Source: an uncultured delta proteobacterium
Lineage (GTDB): Bacteria; Desulfobacterota; Binatia; HRBIN30; BPIQ01
Assembly: GCA_963761335.1 (NCBI GenBank)
Contig: CAVXGR010000018.1
Coordinates: forward strand, 864,001-928,000
Length of the DNA: 64,000 nt
Direction of reading: 5' to 3'
The translations under genes and the position numbers were made by a program. Below, piece by piece: positions 1 to 9,754 of the stretch. Each line of letters opens with the position of its first letter. The stretch's first letter is position 1. Below the pieces are notes generated by a model. That model was not told the DNA's origin and did not search any database. It worked only from the letters and a program-made list of their open reading frames with translations.

Positions 1-2
1 AG

Positions 3-776
3 GAGATCTCGCCGCATCTCTTCCTGATGGATGTCGACGGCAAGGCCGCTCTGTCCGAGTACCTGCTGTTGATCATCCCCGTCAAGCGCGTGATCCAGGG
101 GGTGCTGGGCAGCCGCATCTATCAGTACTTTGTCGCCGCCGCCCCGGGCCTGAAGGAGCTGATGACCATCGGCAAGATCTGGTACGAGGCCGAACGCGTC
201 GACGAGGGCAGCGGCAAGCGCCTCTGGGACGTGGTCGTCGTCGATGCTCCTGCGACCGGACACTCCCTCCAGTATCTCAGCATGCCGCAGGCCGCCCATG
301 ATGCCTTCGGCGCGGGATTGGTGCGGCGCGAGGCCCAGCGCATCGTCGACGTTCTCCAGGATCCGAAGAAGACCGGGGTCATCTTCGTGGCGACGGCGGA
401 GGAGATGCCGGTCAACGAGACCGAGGAGATGTACAGCCGCGTGCGTGACGAGCTGAAGCTGCCCGCCGTCATGCTGGTGGTCAATCGCGTCCATGAAGAA
501 TCGGTGAAGCCGGCCGACGTGGAGCGCTTGGAGAGGGCGCTCGCCGGCGACAAGCGCAATCCGCACAGGGCCTTTCTCGAAGCGGTGGCGCGCCGCGGTC
601 GCGAGGAGGTGGGCTGGATCGGCATCAATCGGCAGAATCTCGAGCGGCTGCACCAGACGGTCAGCCTTCCAACGGTGATCCTCCCCTTCCTGTTCACCGA
701 GGAGTTCGGATTGCATGAGATTCACTTGCTGAGCGCTGCTTTTCGTTCCCCGGCCAACCGGCGGGCGGCGAAGTGA
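3..776 (+). CDS. ArsA/Get3-like ATPase, subunit 1 (5'-truncated by window edge)
   Basis: Frame is open from the window start. Motifs APGLKEL, switch II VDAPATGH, AEEMPVNET and VVNR. Lies 4 bp before a second ArsA-like gene. Confidence 0.85.
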   Translation, partial: EISPHLFLMDVDGKAALSEYLLLIIPVKRVIQGVLGSRIYQYFVAAAPGLKELMTIGKIWYEAERVDEGSGKRLWDVVVVDAPATGHSLQYLSMPQAAHDAFGAGLVRREAQRIVDVLQDPKKTGVIFVATAEEMPVNETEEMYSRVRDELKLPAVMLVVNRVHEESVKPADVERLERALAGDKRNPHRAFLEAVARRGREEVGWIGINRQNLERLHQTVSLPTVILPFLFTEEFGLHEIHLLSAAFRSPANRRAAK

Positions 777-780
777 CGAG

Positions 781-1890
781 ATGAAGCACGGCCTTCGCGA
801 GGTGGTGGCGCAGCACGAGGTGATTGTCTGCGCCGGCAGTGGCGGGGTCGGCAAGACGACCACGGCCGCAGCCATCGGGCTCTACGGCGCGCGCCAAGGC
901 CGGCGCACGGTGGTTCTCACCATCGATCCGGCGCGACGGCTGGCCGACGCCTTGGGGGTGGGCACTCTGCATGCCGACGAGGAGTCGGTGGTGGAAACGC
1001 AGGGGAAGGGCTCGCTTTCGGTGATGATGCTGGATCAGAAGAGCGCCTGGGATGCGCTGGTCAATCGTCACGCTCCCTCGGAGGAGGTCCGGGACCGGGT
1101 TCTCGCCAATCGCTTCTACCAGCATCTGTCCCAGACCTTCGCCGGCTCACAGGAGTACATGGCGATCGAGCAGCTGTGCGAGCTGCAGTCGAGCGGGCGC
1201 TACGATCTGATCGTCATCGACACGCCACCGACCCGTCATGCGCTCGACTTCCTCGAGGCGCCGCGTCGCCTGGCGGATTTCCTCGATCGCCAGGTGATCA
1301 AGTGGTTCGTGCGTCCCTACTTCTCGGCCGGCTGGGCCACCATGCGATTCATGAATCGCACCGCCAGCTTTCTGCTGCGGCGACTGGAGGACGCCACCGG
1401 GGTATCGGTTCTCGTCGAGATCTCGGATTTCTTCACCGCCATGAGCGGCCTTTTCGAAGGCTTCCAGGAGCGTGTCGATCGCGTCTACAAGATGCTCCAG
1501 GCGAAGGAGACCGCCTTCGTGCTGGTCGCCAGTCCCGAGGAGCAGGTTCTCTGCGAAGCCGAGTACTTCTGCGGCAAGATGGCCGAGCTGCACATGCCGC
1601 TGCGCGCCGTCGTCTTCAACCGCACACACGACGAGTTCGACGGAGATGGTGAGGGCAGGGCCGCCGCCGCGGCCGAGCTCACGGCGCTGCTGGACGAGAC
1701 TTCCGCCAAGCGTCTGCTGGCGAACTTCGATCGCTACGAGACCCTGGCGCGCGGAGACGTGGTCCGTATGGAGTCATTCCGCCGGGAGATCCGCAAGCGC
1801 CTCGCGGTCGTCGAGATTCCCAACTTCGACTCGGATCTGCACGACGTCAGCGGCCTCGAGCGCATGCACCCGTATCTGTTCGACGGCTGA
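781..1890 (+). CDS. ArsA/Get3-like ATPase, subunit 2
   Basis: Deviant Walker A GSGGVGKTT, TIDPARRLA, DTPPT, VFNR. Confidence 0.9.
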   Translation: MKHGLREVVAQHEVIVCAGSGGVGKTTTAAAIGLYGARQGRRTVVLTIDPARRLADALGVGTLHADEESVVETQGKGSLSVMMLDQKSAWDALVNRHAPSEEVRDRVLANRFYQHLSQTFAGSQEYMAIEQLCELQSSGRYDLIVIDTPPTRHALDFLEAPRRLADFLDRQVIKWFVRPYFSAGWATMRFMNRTASFLLRRLEDATGVSVLVEISDFFTAMSGLFEGFQERVDRVYKMLQAKETAFVLVASPEEQVLCEAEYFCGKMAELHMPLRAVVFNRTHDEFDGDGEGRAAAAAELTALLDETSAKRLLANFDRYETLARGDVVRMESFRREIRKRLAVVEIPNFDSDLHDVSGLERMHPYLFDG

Positions 1891-1939
1891 GACGACCCCG
1901 GGAGCGCCGCCAGCTTGGAAAAGTTGCCTGTCCCCGCCC

Positions 1940-3226
1940 TCAGCCGGCGAAGTCGATCGAGGCGCGGTGGGTTCCCCAGTGGTGGCAGCCGGAGCAGTAT
2001 GCCTGCCAGGTCTCGGCGGCGCGGCCGCAGGACGTGCAGTGGTAGCGGCCGACGGCGCCCTCTGCCCGGTGGTAGGCCTTGAGGGCGCGCTCCGCCTGGC
2101 CGCGCTTCTCGCTCATGTGAGCCACGGCGAGCTGGAACTCGGCGCTCTCGTTGGCTGGGGGCGGCACCGCATCCAGCTCCCGGGCCGCCTCGTCGAGCTC
2201 ACCGTCCTCGATCCACAGGCGCGCATTGACGAGGTGAACGGCGGCAGGGTCGAGCTGCTCGCCGCTGCGGCTCTTCTTGAGCGTGGCCCGCAGGCGATCG
2301 CGGGCCTGACGGCTGTCGGCCAGAGCCGCGAGCCGCTCGGCCAGAACCATCCGCGGCTGCTGCCGGAAGGTGTACTCCCAGAGGCGAGTCGCCTCGCTCT
2401 GGCGAGCCCCGGCCACCAGCTCGTCGCCGAGCTGTACGGCGCCCGGTACAAACTTGGGAAAGCGCGCCACCAGCTGCTCGAGGGCGGTGATGCGGTCAGC
2501 GCGGCTTTCCAGCTGGAGAGTGGCCTGAAAGCGCAGGCCCGCCAGCACCTCCTGCTCGTCCGCCGCCGCCGCCTGTCCGTTCAGCGACATCCTCTCCTCC
2601 TGAACGGTGGCCGCCTCGTTCCAGCGCCCGGTGTCGATATAGAGATCGCGCAGCTCGCGCAGCACGCGCGCAGCGCGCGGATAGCGACCGCGCGCATGCT
2701 CGAGAGCGGCAATTGCTCCGCTCGTGTCGCCCATGGCCTGGCTGCTCTCGGCGACGGCCAGAATGACGTCCGGGTCCTCGGCGAATGGAGCCTCGGCCGT
2801 CTGCAACAGTCGCCGGGCTTCCTCCGGCTTGTTCCCCTGCCGATGGGCCTCCGCCAGGGCGAGGAGCACCTCGCGGCGCGGCTGGGCGCGCCAGGCGCGC
2901 AGCAGGGCGGTGCGGCCGCGGTCCAAGTCACCTGCCCAGACTCGTCGCCGCCCTTCCTCGGCGAGCGCCTCGACGCGGGCCATGCGGCGCTCCTGGCGTT
3001 CGCGGCGCCAGCGCGTCATCGCCCGCCGACTGGCGCGTGCGGCGCCGCCGATCAGCATGAGAATGGCCCCCGCCAGGAAGGCGATGGTCAGCTGCGCGGC
3101 CAGCGGCGCGCGGACGACCCACTCCGGACTCAGTCGGAGCTCGACCGTTCCCGGGTTGAACCACGAGAGATAACCCAGGCCGCAGATGATCGCGACCCCC
3201 CCGACGACATAGCCTGCCCAGCGCAT
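1940..3226 (-). CDS. LapA-LapB(YciM)-like protein: N-terminal TM hairpin, TPR repeats, C-terminal rubredoxin-like Zn site
   Basis: Two hydrophobic N-terminal segments, TPR-like helical repeats, C-terminal CTSCG...CSGCHHW. Start taken at MRWAGY. Confidence 0.7.
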   Translation of the reverse strand: MRWAGYVVGGVAIICGLGYLSWFNPGTVELRLSPEWVVRAPLAAQLTIAFLAGAILMLIGGAARASRRAMTRWRRERQERRMARVEALAEEGRRRVWAGDLDRGRTALLRAWRAQPRREVLLALAEAHRQGNKPEEARRLLQTAEAPFAEDPDVILAVAESSQAMGDTSGAIAALEHARGRYPRAARVLRELRDLYIDTGRWNEAATVQEERMSLNGQAAAADEQEVLAGLRFQATLQLESRADRITALEQLVARFPKFVPGAVQLGDELVAGARQSEATRLWEYTFRQQPRMVLAERLAALADSRQARDRLRATLKKSRSGEQLDPAAVHLVNARLWIEDGELDEAARELDAVPPPANESAEFQLAVAHMSEKRGQAERALKAYHRAEGAVGRYHCTSCGRAAETWQAYCSGCHHWGTHRASIDFAG

Positions 3227-3266
3227 AGCGCCGAGCACTCTAGCGCAACTTTCCGCGGGGTTCGAG

Positions 3267-3674
3267 TCAGGCGTTGCTGTCGCCGCTGGCGAGGCGCAGA
3301 TCCCGAGCCTGGCTGCGGTACGGCTCCGGGAGCGCCAGGCGTGGCGCATGTCCCCACAGCCGCTCGAGATCGTAATACTCGCGCACCGGCTGAAAGAAGA
3401 TGTGCACCACGACCGAGCCGTAGTCGACCAGGACCCACTGGCCGCCCGTCAGGCCCTCGACCGACAGCGGCCGGATGCCGAGCTTGCCGAGATTCTCCTC
3501 GATCGACTGAGCAATCGCCTGCACCTGGGTGTCGGAGCGACCGCTGCAGATGACGAAGTAATCGGCCAACGACGTCAACTCCGCCACCTCCATGGCGACC
3601 AGATCGTAGGCCTTCTTCTCCAGTGCGAAGCGAACGCAAAGCAACGCGATTTCGCGAGACTCAGGCGTGCTCAA
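3267..3674 (-). CDS. rsfS: Ribosome silencing factor RsfS
   Basis: ADYFVICSG, WVLVDYG, REYYDLERLW; directly downstream of nadD. Confidence 0.95.
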   Translation of the reverse strand: MSTPESREIALLCVRFALEKKAYDLVAMEVAELTSLADYFVICSGRSDTQVQAIAQSIEENLGKLGIRPLSVEGLTGGQWVLVDYGSVVVHIFFQPVREYYDLERLWGHAPRLALPEPYRSQARDLRLASGDSNA

Positions 3675-4360
3675 TGGCGGTGCTTCCTCGTTTGGTAGAG
3701 CGCCTGTCGTCGGATGTAGCTCTCGACGGGGGGAGGAACGAGGTAGCGGATGGACAGGCCACGCGCCACCCGGTTACGGACATCGGATGCCGAGATCTCC
3801 AGCGCGGTGACGCGGTAGAAAGAAATCTGTTGACCCGTGTGATTCGTTCGTCCTCGATGTGTCGGACGGTAGCAAATGTGCCGGCGCACGGCAATAGGGA
3901 GTTTGCCGAGCGCCGGAGGCCCGTCATAGGGCGGCCGCGAGATCACCACCAGGTGTGCCAGGGCGAAGACCTCCTCGGGCTCCCGCCAGGTGCCGATCTC
4001 GAGGAAGGCATCCATACCGACGATGAAGAAGATCTCCACGGCTGCGCCGAAGCGGCGGCGCAGCTCGCGGAGGGTGTCGACGGAGTACGAGCGTCCGCCG
4101 CGATTCACCTCGATGGCGGAGGCGCGGAAGCGCGGGTTGCCGCGAACCGCCAAGCGGACCATGGCCAGCCGGTCCTCCGCTGGAGCGATGCCGGCCGACT
4201 TGTGCGGCGGGCTGCCGGAGGGCACGAAGAGCACGCGGTCGAGAGCAAAATTCTCTGCGATCTCTTCGGCGCATCGCAGGTGCGCCAGGTGAATGGGGTT
4301 GAAGGTCCCGCCGAAGACGCCGAGCTTGCGAATCGTGCCCGGCTTGTCGCGCCCGCGCAT
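3671..4360 (-). CDS. nadD: Nicotinate-nucleotide adenylyltransferase
   Basis: GGTFNPIHLAH, PPHK, GMDAF, ISASDVR. Start overlaps the proB stop (TGATG). Confidence 0.95.
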   Translation of the reverse strand: MRGRDKPGTIRKLGVFGGTFNPIHLAHLRCAEEIAENFALDRVLFVPSGSPPHKSAGIAPAEDRLAMVRLAVRGNPRFRASAIEVNRGGRSYSVDTLRELRRRFGAAVEIFFIVGMDAFLEIGTWREPEEVFALAHLVVISRPPYDGPPALGKLPIAVRRHICYRPTHRGRTNHTGQQISFYRVTALEISASDVRNRVARGLSIRYLVPPPVESYIRRQALYQTRKHRH

Positions 4361-5517
4361 CACCCCGGGGAATCCAGCAGGGCGAGGTCGTCTCGATGGA
4401 TGACGGCGTCGCCGATCTTGTAGCCGAGGATGGCCTCGATGCGGTTGCTGTGCTCCCCCTTGATCTTGTCGATCTCGGCGGCCGAGTAGTTGACCAGGCC
4501 GCGGGCGAACTCGCGTCCGGCCAGGGTCAGGCAGCTGACGCACTCTCCCGAGTCGAAGCGGCCGCGCACCTCGCGGATGCCCGAGGCGAGCAGGCTTCGA
4601 CCGCTGTCGCGCACGGCGGCGTGGGCGCCGTCGTCGAGTACCAGCCCGCCCGCCGGCCGCAAGGTGTAGGCGATCCAGTGCTTGCGGCGCGCCAGCCGGT
4701 CGCCGGCCGGTGGGATCAGCGTGCCCACCGAGCGTGTGGAATCGAAGATCTGCGGCAGGACGCCCTCGTGCTGGCCATCGGCGATGATGGTGGCGATGCC
4801 CGCCGCCGAGGCCTTGCGCGCTGCCGCCAGCTTTGCGGCCATGCCTCCGGTGCCGAACGGAGTGCCCGAGCTGCCGGCGAAGCTGACCGGGACGTCGCCG
4901 TCGGCGCGCCAGACGGGGAGCAGGGCCGCGCTCGCATCGGTGCGCGGGTCGCTGCTGAACACCCCGGCGACGTCACTGAGAATGACGAGCAGATCGGCCT
5001 CGACGAGCGTCGCCACCAGGGCCGAGAGGTTGTCGTTGTCGCCGAAGTTGAGCTCCTCGATGGCGACGGTGTCGTTCTCGTTGGCGACGGGAATGACGCG
5101 TGCCTGGAGCAGCGCCTCGAGAGTGTGCTTGGCGTTGAGGTAGCGCCGGCGGCTGGCGAGGTCGTCGTGGGTCAGAAGCACCTGCGCCACACGCTTGCCC
5201 GCCTGCGCGAAGTACTCCTCGTACAAGGCCATGAGCTCGATCTGGCCGATGGCGGCGGCCGCCTGCCGCTGCGGCATGTTGCGCGGCGCCACCCGCCGGC
5301 CGAGGCGGGCGTTGCCGGCGGTCACCGCACCCGAGGTGACCACCACCACGTCGACGCCTCGGTCTTGAAGTGCGGCGATCTCTCCCACCAGGGCGCGGAG
5401 GCGCTCGCGGCGGATGCCGCGCTCGTCGGACAGCAGGCTGCTGCCGATCTTGATGACGGCGCGGCGCAGGTGGGCCAGCGCCTGCACCTTCCATTCCGTC
5501 TGCTCAGACGCGCTCAT
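4360..5517 (-). CDS. proB: Glutamate 5-kinase with PUA domain
   Basis: VIKIGSS, NENDT, FGDNDNL, GTGGMAAK, C-terminal IHRDDL. Confidence 0.95.
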   Translation of the reverse strand: MSASEQTEWKVQALAHLRRAVIKIGSSLLSDERGIRRERLRALVGEIAALQDRGVDVVVVTSGAVTAGNARLGRRVAPRNMPQRQAAAAIGQIELMALYEEYFAQAGKRVAQVLLTHDDLASRRRYLNAKHTLEALLQARVIPVANENDTVAIEELNFGDNDNLSALVATLVEADLLVILSDVAGVFSSDPRTDASAALLPVWRADGDVPVSFAGSSGTPFGTGGMAAKLAAARKASAAGIATIIADGQHEGVLPQIFDSTRSVGTLIPPAGDRLARRKHWIAYTLRPAGGLVLDDGAHAAVRDSGRSLLASGIREVRGRFDSGECVSCLTLAGREFARGLVNYSAAEIDKIKGEHSNRIEAILGYKIGDAVIHRDDLALLDSPG

Positions 5518-6547
5518 GGTCGCCCGCAGCGTGTTTCTCGCCGCCCTGGCGCAGGCGCAGAAGCTGGCGGGTGATCTCCGCCATCAGCTCCGCAACGCCT
5601 TCGCGCGTGACCGTCGACATGGCGTGCAGCTCGACGCCTCTCTCGGCGAGCCGCGCCGCCAGCTCGGGAAGGTTGCGGCGCGATTCCTCCAGATCGATCT
5701 TGTTGGCGACCACGATCTGCGGCCGGTCGGCGAGCTCGGCACCGAAGCTCCGCAGCTCGTTGTTGATCACCTCGTAGTCGCGGAGGGGGTCCCGGCCACT
5801 CAGCCCGCTGGCGTCGATGAGGTGGACGAGCAGGGCGGTGCGCGAGAGATGCCGCAGAAAGCGGTCGCCGAGACCTTCGCCGCGGTGCGCGCCCTCGATC
5901 AAGCCGGGAATGTCCGCGAGAACGAAATCGAAGTCGCCGACGCGAACGACGCCGAGGTGCGGGACCAGGGTGGTGAAGGGATAGTCGGCGACTCGAGGCT
6001 TGGCGGAGGAGACGACGCGGATGAGACTCGACTTGCCGGCGTTTGGGTAGCCCACCAGCCCGACATCGGCGAGCAGCTGCAGCTCGAGTCGCAGACGGCG
6101 CTCCTCTCCGGGGAGTCCTGGTTGCGCCGTGCGCGGGGCCTGGTTGGTGGGGGTGGCGTAGTGGATGTTTCCCCATCCTCCCTTGCCGCCGCGGGCGGCG
6201 ACCACTGATTCCCCGGGCCGCACCAGATCCGCCAGCCTTTCGAACGTGTCGGCGTCGGTGATCACCGTGCCGGTGGGCACGCGTACGACCATGTCCTTGC
6301 CGGCACGCCCGTACTGGCTCTTGCCGCGCCCGTCCTCGCCGCGCTCGGCGTGGAGCTGTGGCTTGAACTTGAAATCGAGGAGGGTGGAGAGGCTGCGGTC
6401 CGCGATCAGGACGACGCTGCCGCCATGGCCGCCGTCGCCACCGGCCGGCCCCCCATGCGGCCGATACTTCTCGCGCAGGAAGGCGATGCAGCCGGCGCCC
6501 CCGTGACCGCCGCGCGCTTGCACCTCGACCTCGTCGATGAATTTCAT
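5504..6547 (-). CDS. obgE: GTPase ObgE/CgtA
   Basis: MKFIDE start, Gly-rich Obg domain, GYPNAGKSS, YPFTT, DIPG, NKID. Confidence 0.97.
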   Translation of the reverse strand: MKFIDEVEVQARGGHGGAGCIAFLREKYRPHGGPAGGDGGHGGSVVLIADRSLSTLLDFKFKPQLHAERGEDGRGKSQYGRAGKDMVVRVPTGTVITDADTFERLADLVRPGESVVAARGGKGGWGNIHYATPTNQAPRTAQPGLPGEERRLRLELQLLADVGLVGYPNAGKSSLIRVVSSAKPRVADYPFTTLVPHLGVVRVGDFDFVLADIPGLIEGAHRGEGLGDRFLRHLSRTALLVHLIDASGLSGRDPLRDYEVINNELRSFGAELADRPQIVVANKIDLEESRRNLPELAARLAERGVELHAMSTVTREGVAELMAEITRQLLRLRQGGEKHAAGDHERV

Positions 6548-6683
6548 GGTCGTCGAGGAAAGGTTACCCGCCCGCGCCGGTGCCGCACAATCCTTCGTCT
6601 CCCCTCGTCGAGGTCCCGGCGCTCGGCCCGTGGAGAGCCCGGCGCACACGGCCGGCCACCAAAGCCGGGAGGGCAGGCCGGAT

Positions 6684-6938
6684 CTACTGCGGGAAGACGT
6701 GCACTCGACGGCGGTCCTTGCCGACCCGCTCGTAGCGGACGACGCCGTCGATCTTGGCGAACAGGGTGTAGTCGCGGCCCATGCCGACGTTCTGGCCGGG
6801 ATGGACGCGCGTTCCCAGCTGGCGCACCAGGATGCTCCCGGCCCTCGCCTCTTGGCCGGCGAAGAGCTTCACCCCCCGCCGCTGTCCCGGGCTGTCGCGC
6901 CCGTTGCGGCTGCTTCCTTGACCTTTTTTATGCGCCAT
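6684..6938 (-). CDS. rpmA: 50S ribosomal protein L27
   Basis: [23 protein letters not shown]. Confidence 0.98.
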   Translation of the reverse strand: MAHKKGQGSSRNGRDSPGQRRGVKLFAGQEARAGSILVRQLGTRVHPGQNVGMGRDYTLFAKIDGVVRYERVGKDRRRVHVFPQ

Positions 6939-7260
6939 GGCTCGCTCCTGCGTCGATAGCCGTGACCTGCACGGCCGTCAGCGGCTGGCGATGGCCGTAG
7001 CGGCGGCGATAGTTCTTTCGCCTCTTCTTCTTGAAGATCAAGATCTTCTTGCTCTTCTCCTGCGCCAGCACGCGCCCCGTGACGCGGGCACCGTCGAGCA
7101 GCGGACTGCCGACACGGATGCCGTCGTCGCCTCCGGCGAGCAGAACCTCGCTGAACTCGATCTCGCTGCCCGATTCGACGTCGAGCTTCTCGACGCGAAT
7201 CACATCCCCGGGGGTGACCCGGTACTGTTTCCCGCCCGAGCGGATTACGGCGTAGTTCAT
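6928..7260 (-). CDS. rplU: 50S ribosomal protein L21
   Basis: [27 protein letters not shown]. Confidence 0.98.
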   Translation of the reverse strand: MNYAVIRSGGKQYRVTPGDVIRVEKLDVESGSEIEFSEVLLAGGDDGIRVGSPLLDGARVTGRVLAQEKSKKILIFKKKRRKNYRRRYGHRQPLTAVQVTAIDAGASHGA

Positions 7261-7345
7261 CGTCTGGACTCTTTCGGAATCAATCCACTTACTCGACCCC
7301 ACCCGACTTGTCAACAGGCCCTCGGTGCGGCATGTTGTTTGGACG

Positions 7346-7594
7346 ATGGGCGTCCACCTCACCCTCTATTCTCGTGCCGAATGCCATCTGTGTGACGAGA
7401 TGAAAGCGGTCGTCCGCGACGTCTCCCGGGACCTCGGCCTGGCCCTCGAGGAGGTGGACGTCGACACCGATCCGGAGCTGCGCGCCCGCTACGATACCGA
7501 GGTCCCGGTGCTCGCCATCAACGGGCGCAAGGCATTCAAGTACCGGGTGCGCAAGCGCGATCTCCTGCGCCGCCTCGACGCGGAGCGCGGCTGA
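7346..7594 (+). CDS. Glutaredoxin-like (DUF836-type) protein
   Basis: LYSRAECHLC CxxC motif, EVDVD, VPVL. Confidence 0.8.
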   Translation: MGVHLTLYSRAECHLCDEMKAVVRDVSRDLGLALEEVDVDTDPELRARYDTEVPVLAINGRKAFKYRVRKRDLLRRLDAERG

Positions 7595-7616
7595 GCCGGC
7601 GGCGACTCGAGCTGCG

Positions 7617-7645
7617 TTGACAGGCCCCCAGGCCGCCGCTACCTT
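7617..7645 (+). promoter_or_regulatory. Putative sigma70 promoter of plsX operon
   Basis: TTGACA-N17-TACCTT, 26 bp upstream of the plsX ATG. Confidence 0.65.
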
Positions 7646-7671
7646 TTCGCGCACCGGCACCCCGAAAAAGC

Positions 7672-8688
7672 ATGCCCACGATTGCAATCGACGCGATGGG
7701 CGGTGATCTCGCCCCGGATGAAGTTGTGAAGGGCGTGGCTCAGGTTTCGCTAGAGACCGATATTCAGTGCATCCTGGTCGGCGATGAGCGCGAGATCGAG
7801 CCAGTCTTGGAACGCATCGCCTACAATCCGGAGCACATCGACATCTATCATGCCAGCGAGACCATCGGCATGGTCGAGGAACCGAAGGAGGCCGTGAAGA
7901 GCAAGCGCGATGCCTCGATCCTGGTGGCTGCCCGGGCGGTCGCCGAGGGACAGGCGGACGCGCTGGTGACTGCCGGCAATACCGGGGCGGCGGTGCTGGC
8001 GTGCGCCCGCTTCTTCCGCACCGTGAAGGGGATCCGCAAGACGGCGCTGGCGAGCGTCTATCCCCGGCAGACGGAGTACGAGGGGCAGGACCATCTGGCG
8101 CTGCTTCTGGACGTCGGCGCCACCATCCGTTGCGACGCCATCGATCTGGTGCAGTTCGGGATCATGGGAAGCGCCTACGCCAGCCGTGTGTCCAAGGTGG
8201 CCAGCCCGCGCGTCGCCCTTCTCAACATGGGCTCGGAGGAGAGCAAGGGCGGCGAGGTGCTCACCGCCGCCTATCGCCGTCTGAAATCCCTTCCGTCCAT
8301 CAATTTCATCGGCAATATCGAAGGCAACGACCTCGCCAAGGGCAAGGCCGACGTCATCGTCTGTGAGGGCCTTCTCGGCAATGTCGTGCTCAAGCTGCTC
8401 GAGGGGATCTCCGAGGTGGTCTCGGATCTCGCCCACAACGCCTCGCGGGAGAATTGGCGCTGGCGGCTCGGCATGGTCATGCTGTCGAGCGGCATCGGCC
8501 GCCTGCGCGATCTGACCGACTATGCCAGCTACGGCGGGGCGCCGATCCTCGGCTTCGAGAACATCGCCATCAAGGCGCATGGGCGCTCCGGTGCGCGCGC
8601 CGTCGCCAATACCGTCAAGGTTGCCGCCAAGGCCGCCCGCGACGGCGTTCCTCAGGAGATCTCCGCCGGAATCGAGCAGTTGCTATGA
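7672..8688 (+). CDS. plsX: Phosphate acyltransferase PlsX
   Basis: IAIDAMGGD, AGNTGA, LLDVGAT, NMGSEESKG, FIGNIEG, GGAPILG, KAHG. Confidence 0.92.
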   Translation: MPTIAIDAMGGDLAPDEVVKGVAQVSLETDIQCILVGDEREIEPVLERIAYNPEHIDIYHASETIGMVEEPKEAVKSKRDASILVAARAVAEGQADALVTAGNTGAAVLACARFFRTVKGIRKTALASVYPRQTEYEGQDHLALLLDVGATIRCDAIDLVQFGIMGSAYASRVSKVASPRVALLNMGSEESKGGEVLTAAYRRLKSLPSINFIGNIEGNDLAKGKADVIVCEGLLGNVVLKLLEGISEVVSDLAHNASRENWRWRLGMVMLSSGIGRLRDLTDYASYGGAPILGFENIAIKAHGRSGARAVANTVKVAAKAARDGVPQEISAGIEQLL

Positions 8689-9743
8689 CCTGGCTGCAGC
8701 GCCTCGGTCGCCGCCTCGAGGCCGCGCCCCTCGACGGGCTCGTCTTTCGCTGGGATCTCGACAAAACCTATCTGAAGAGCGAGTTCGACCGCGTTCGCGA
8801 CCTGGTGCGCATTCCCTTCGAGCGGGCCGCCGACAAGATTGCCGCACCGGGGGTCGCGGCGCTGATCCGCGCTCTTCGCGAGGATGCCCGCCGCCGCGAT
8901 CGCGATGTCCGCGTCTACTTCCTCACCGCGAGCCCGCCGCAGATCGGTCGGGCGATCAAGGAGAAGCTGACTCTCGACGGCATCGAGTACGACGGCATCG
9001 CCTTCAAGAACCAGCTCCAGAACATCGTGCGCGGCAAGTTTCGCAATCTGCGCGAGCAGGTCGGTTTCAAGCTCTCCGAGCTGCTGCTCAGCCGCAGCGC
9101 CGTGCCTTCCGGCTCGCGGGAGGTCCTCTTCGGCGACGACTGGGAATCCGATCCGCTGGTCTACTCGCTGTACGCCGATATCCTCGCCGGGCGGGTCGAG
9201 CGCCAGGAGGTGGAAGAGGTTCTGCAGACGATCCACGTCGACTCGATGCTGATTTCCAAGGTGCTGCAGGCGATGGAGGAGCTGCCGCAGCACTTCGATG
9301 CCGTGGTGCGGATCTACATCAACCTCGAGCGGCGTACACCGCCGGCAAACTTCCGCTGGTTCGGTGCGCGGCTGGTGCCGACCTTCAACTACTTCCAGAC
9401 GGCAGCGTGTCTCTTTGCCGACGGTTGCCTCGACAGCGACGGCGTCTGCTCGGTGGCGCGCTCGCTGCTCGAGCAGTCCGGCTACACGCCAGCGCGCCTG
9501 GTGAACTCGCTGGCGGACGTCGTCCGGCGCGGGCACGTCTCCGCGGAGCACGCCGCAGAGATTCGGCAGGGATTGCAGGCGCAGGGCCTCGTGGGCAAGC
9601 GCCGCCGGCCGCGGCCCCTGGGGGAGCGTGCCTGGTGGCAGCGTCTCCTCGCCTGGGTCCGAACCCGCCGCGGTCCCGCGGGCAGCGGTGCGGAGCCCAT
9701 CGATTACCGCGCCGTGGTCGCCGAGTGGCGCCCGGCGCGTTGA
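8685..9743 (+). CDS. HAD-like DxDxT phosphatase (App1/lipin-like phosphatidate phosphatase candidate)
   Basis: WDLDKT motif I, FLTAS motif II, FGDD motif IV. ATGA overlap with the plsX stop. Confidence 0.6.
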   Translation: MTWLQRLGRRLEAAPLDGLVFRWDLDKTYLKSEFDRVRDLVRIPFERAADKIAAPGVAALIRALREDARRRDRDVRVYFLTASPPQIGRAIKEKLTLDGIEYDGIAFKNQLQNIVRGKFRNLREQVGFKLSELLLSRSAVPSGSREVLFGDDWESDPLVYSLYADILAGRVERQEVEEVLQTIHVDSMLISKVLQAMEELPQHFDAVVRIYINLERRTPPANFRWFGARLVPTFNYFQTAACLFADGCLDSDGVCSVARSLLEQSGYTPARLVNSLADVVRRGHVSAEHAAEIRQGLQAQGLVGKRRRPRPLGERAWWQRLLAWVRTRRGPAGSGAEPIDYRAVVAEWRPAR

Positions 9744-9754
9744 GGTCGGAGAGC

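Noticed and set aside
3..1890. Arsenic resistance operon
   Set aside because: No arsB/acr3, arsC, arsD or arsR in the window; architecture matches the Get3-like pair clade.
1472..3553. 693-aa plus-strand ORF
   Set aside because: Antisense shadow of the lapB-like and rsfS genes; no motifs; expected in high-GC DNA.
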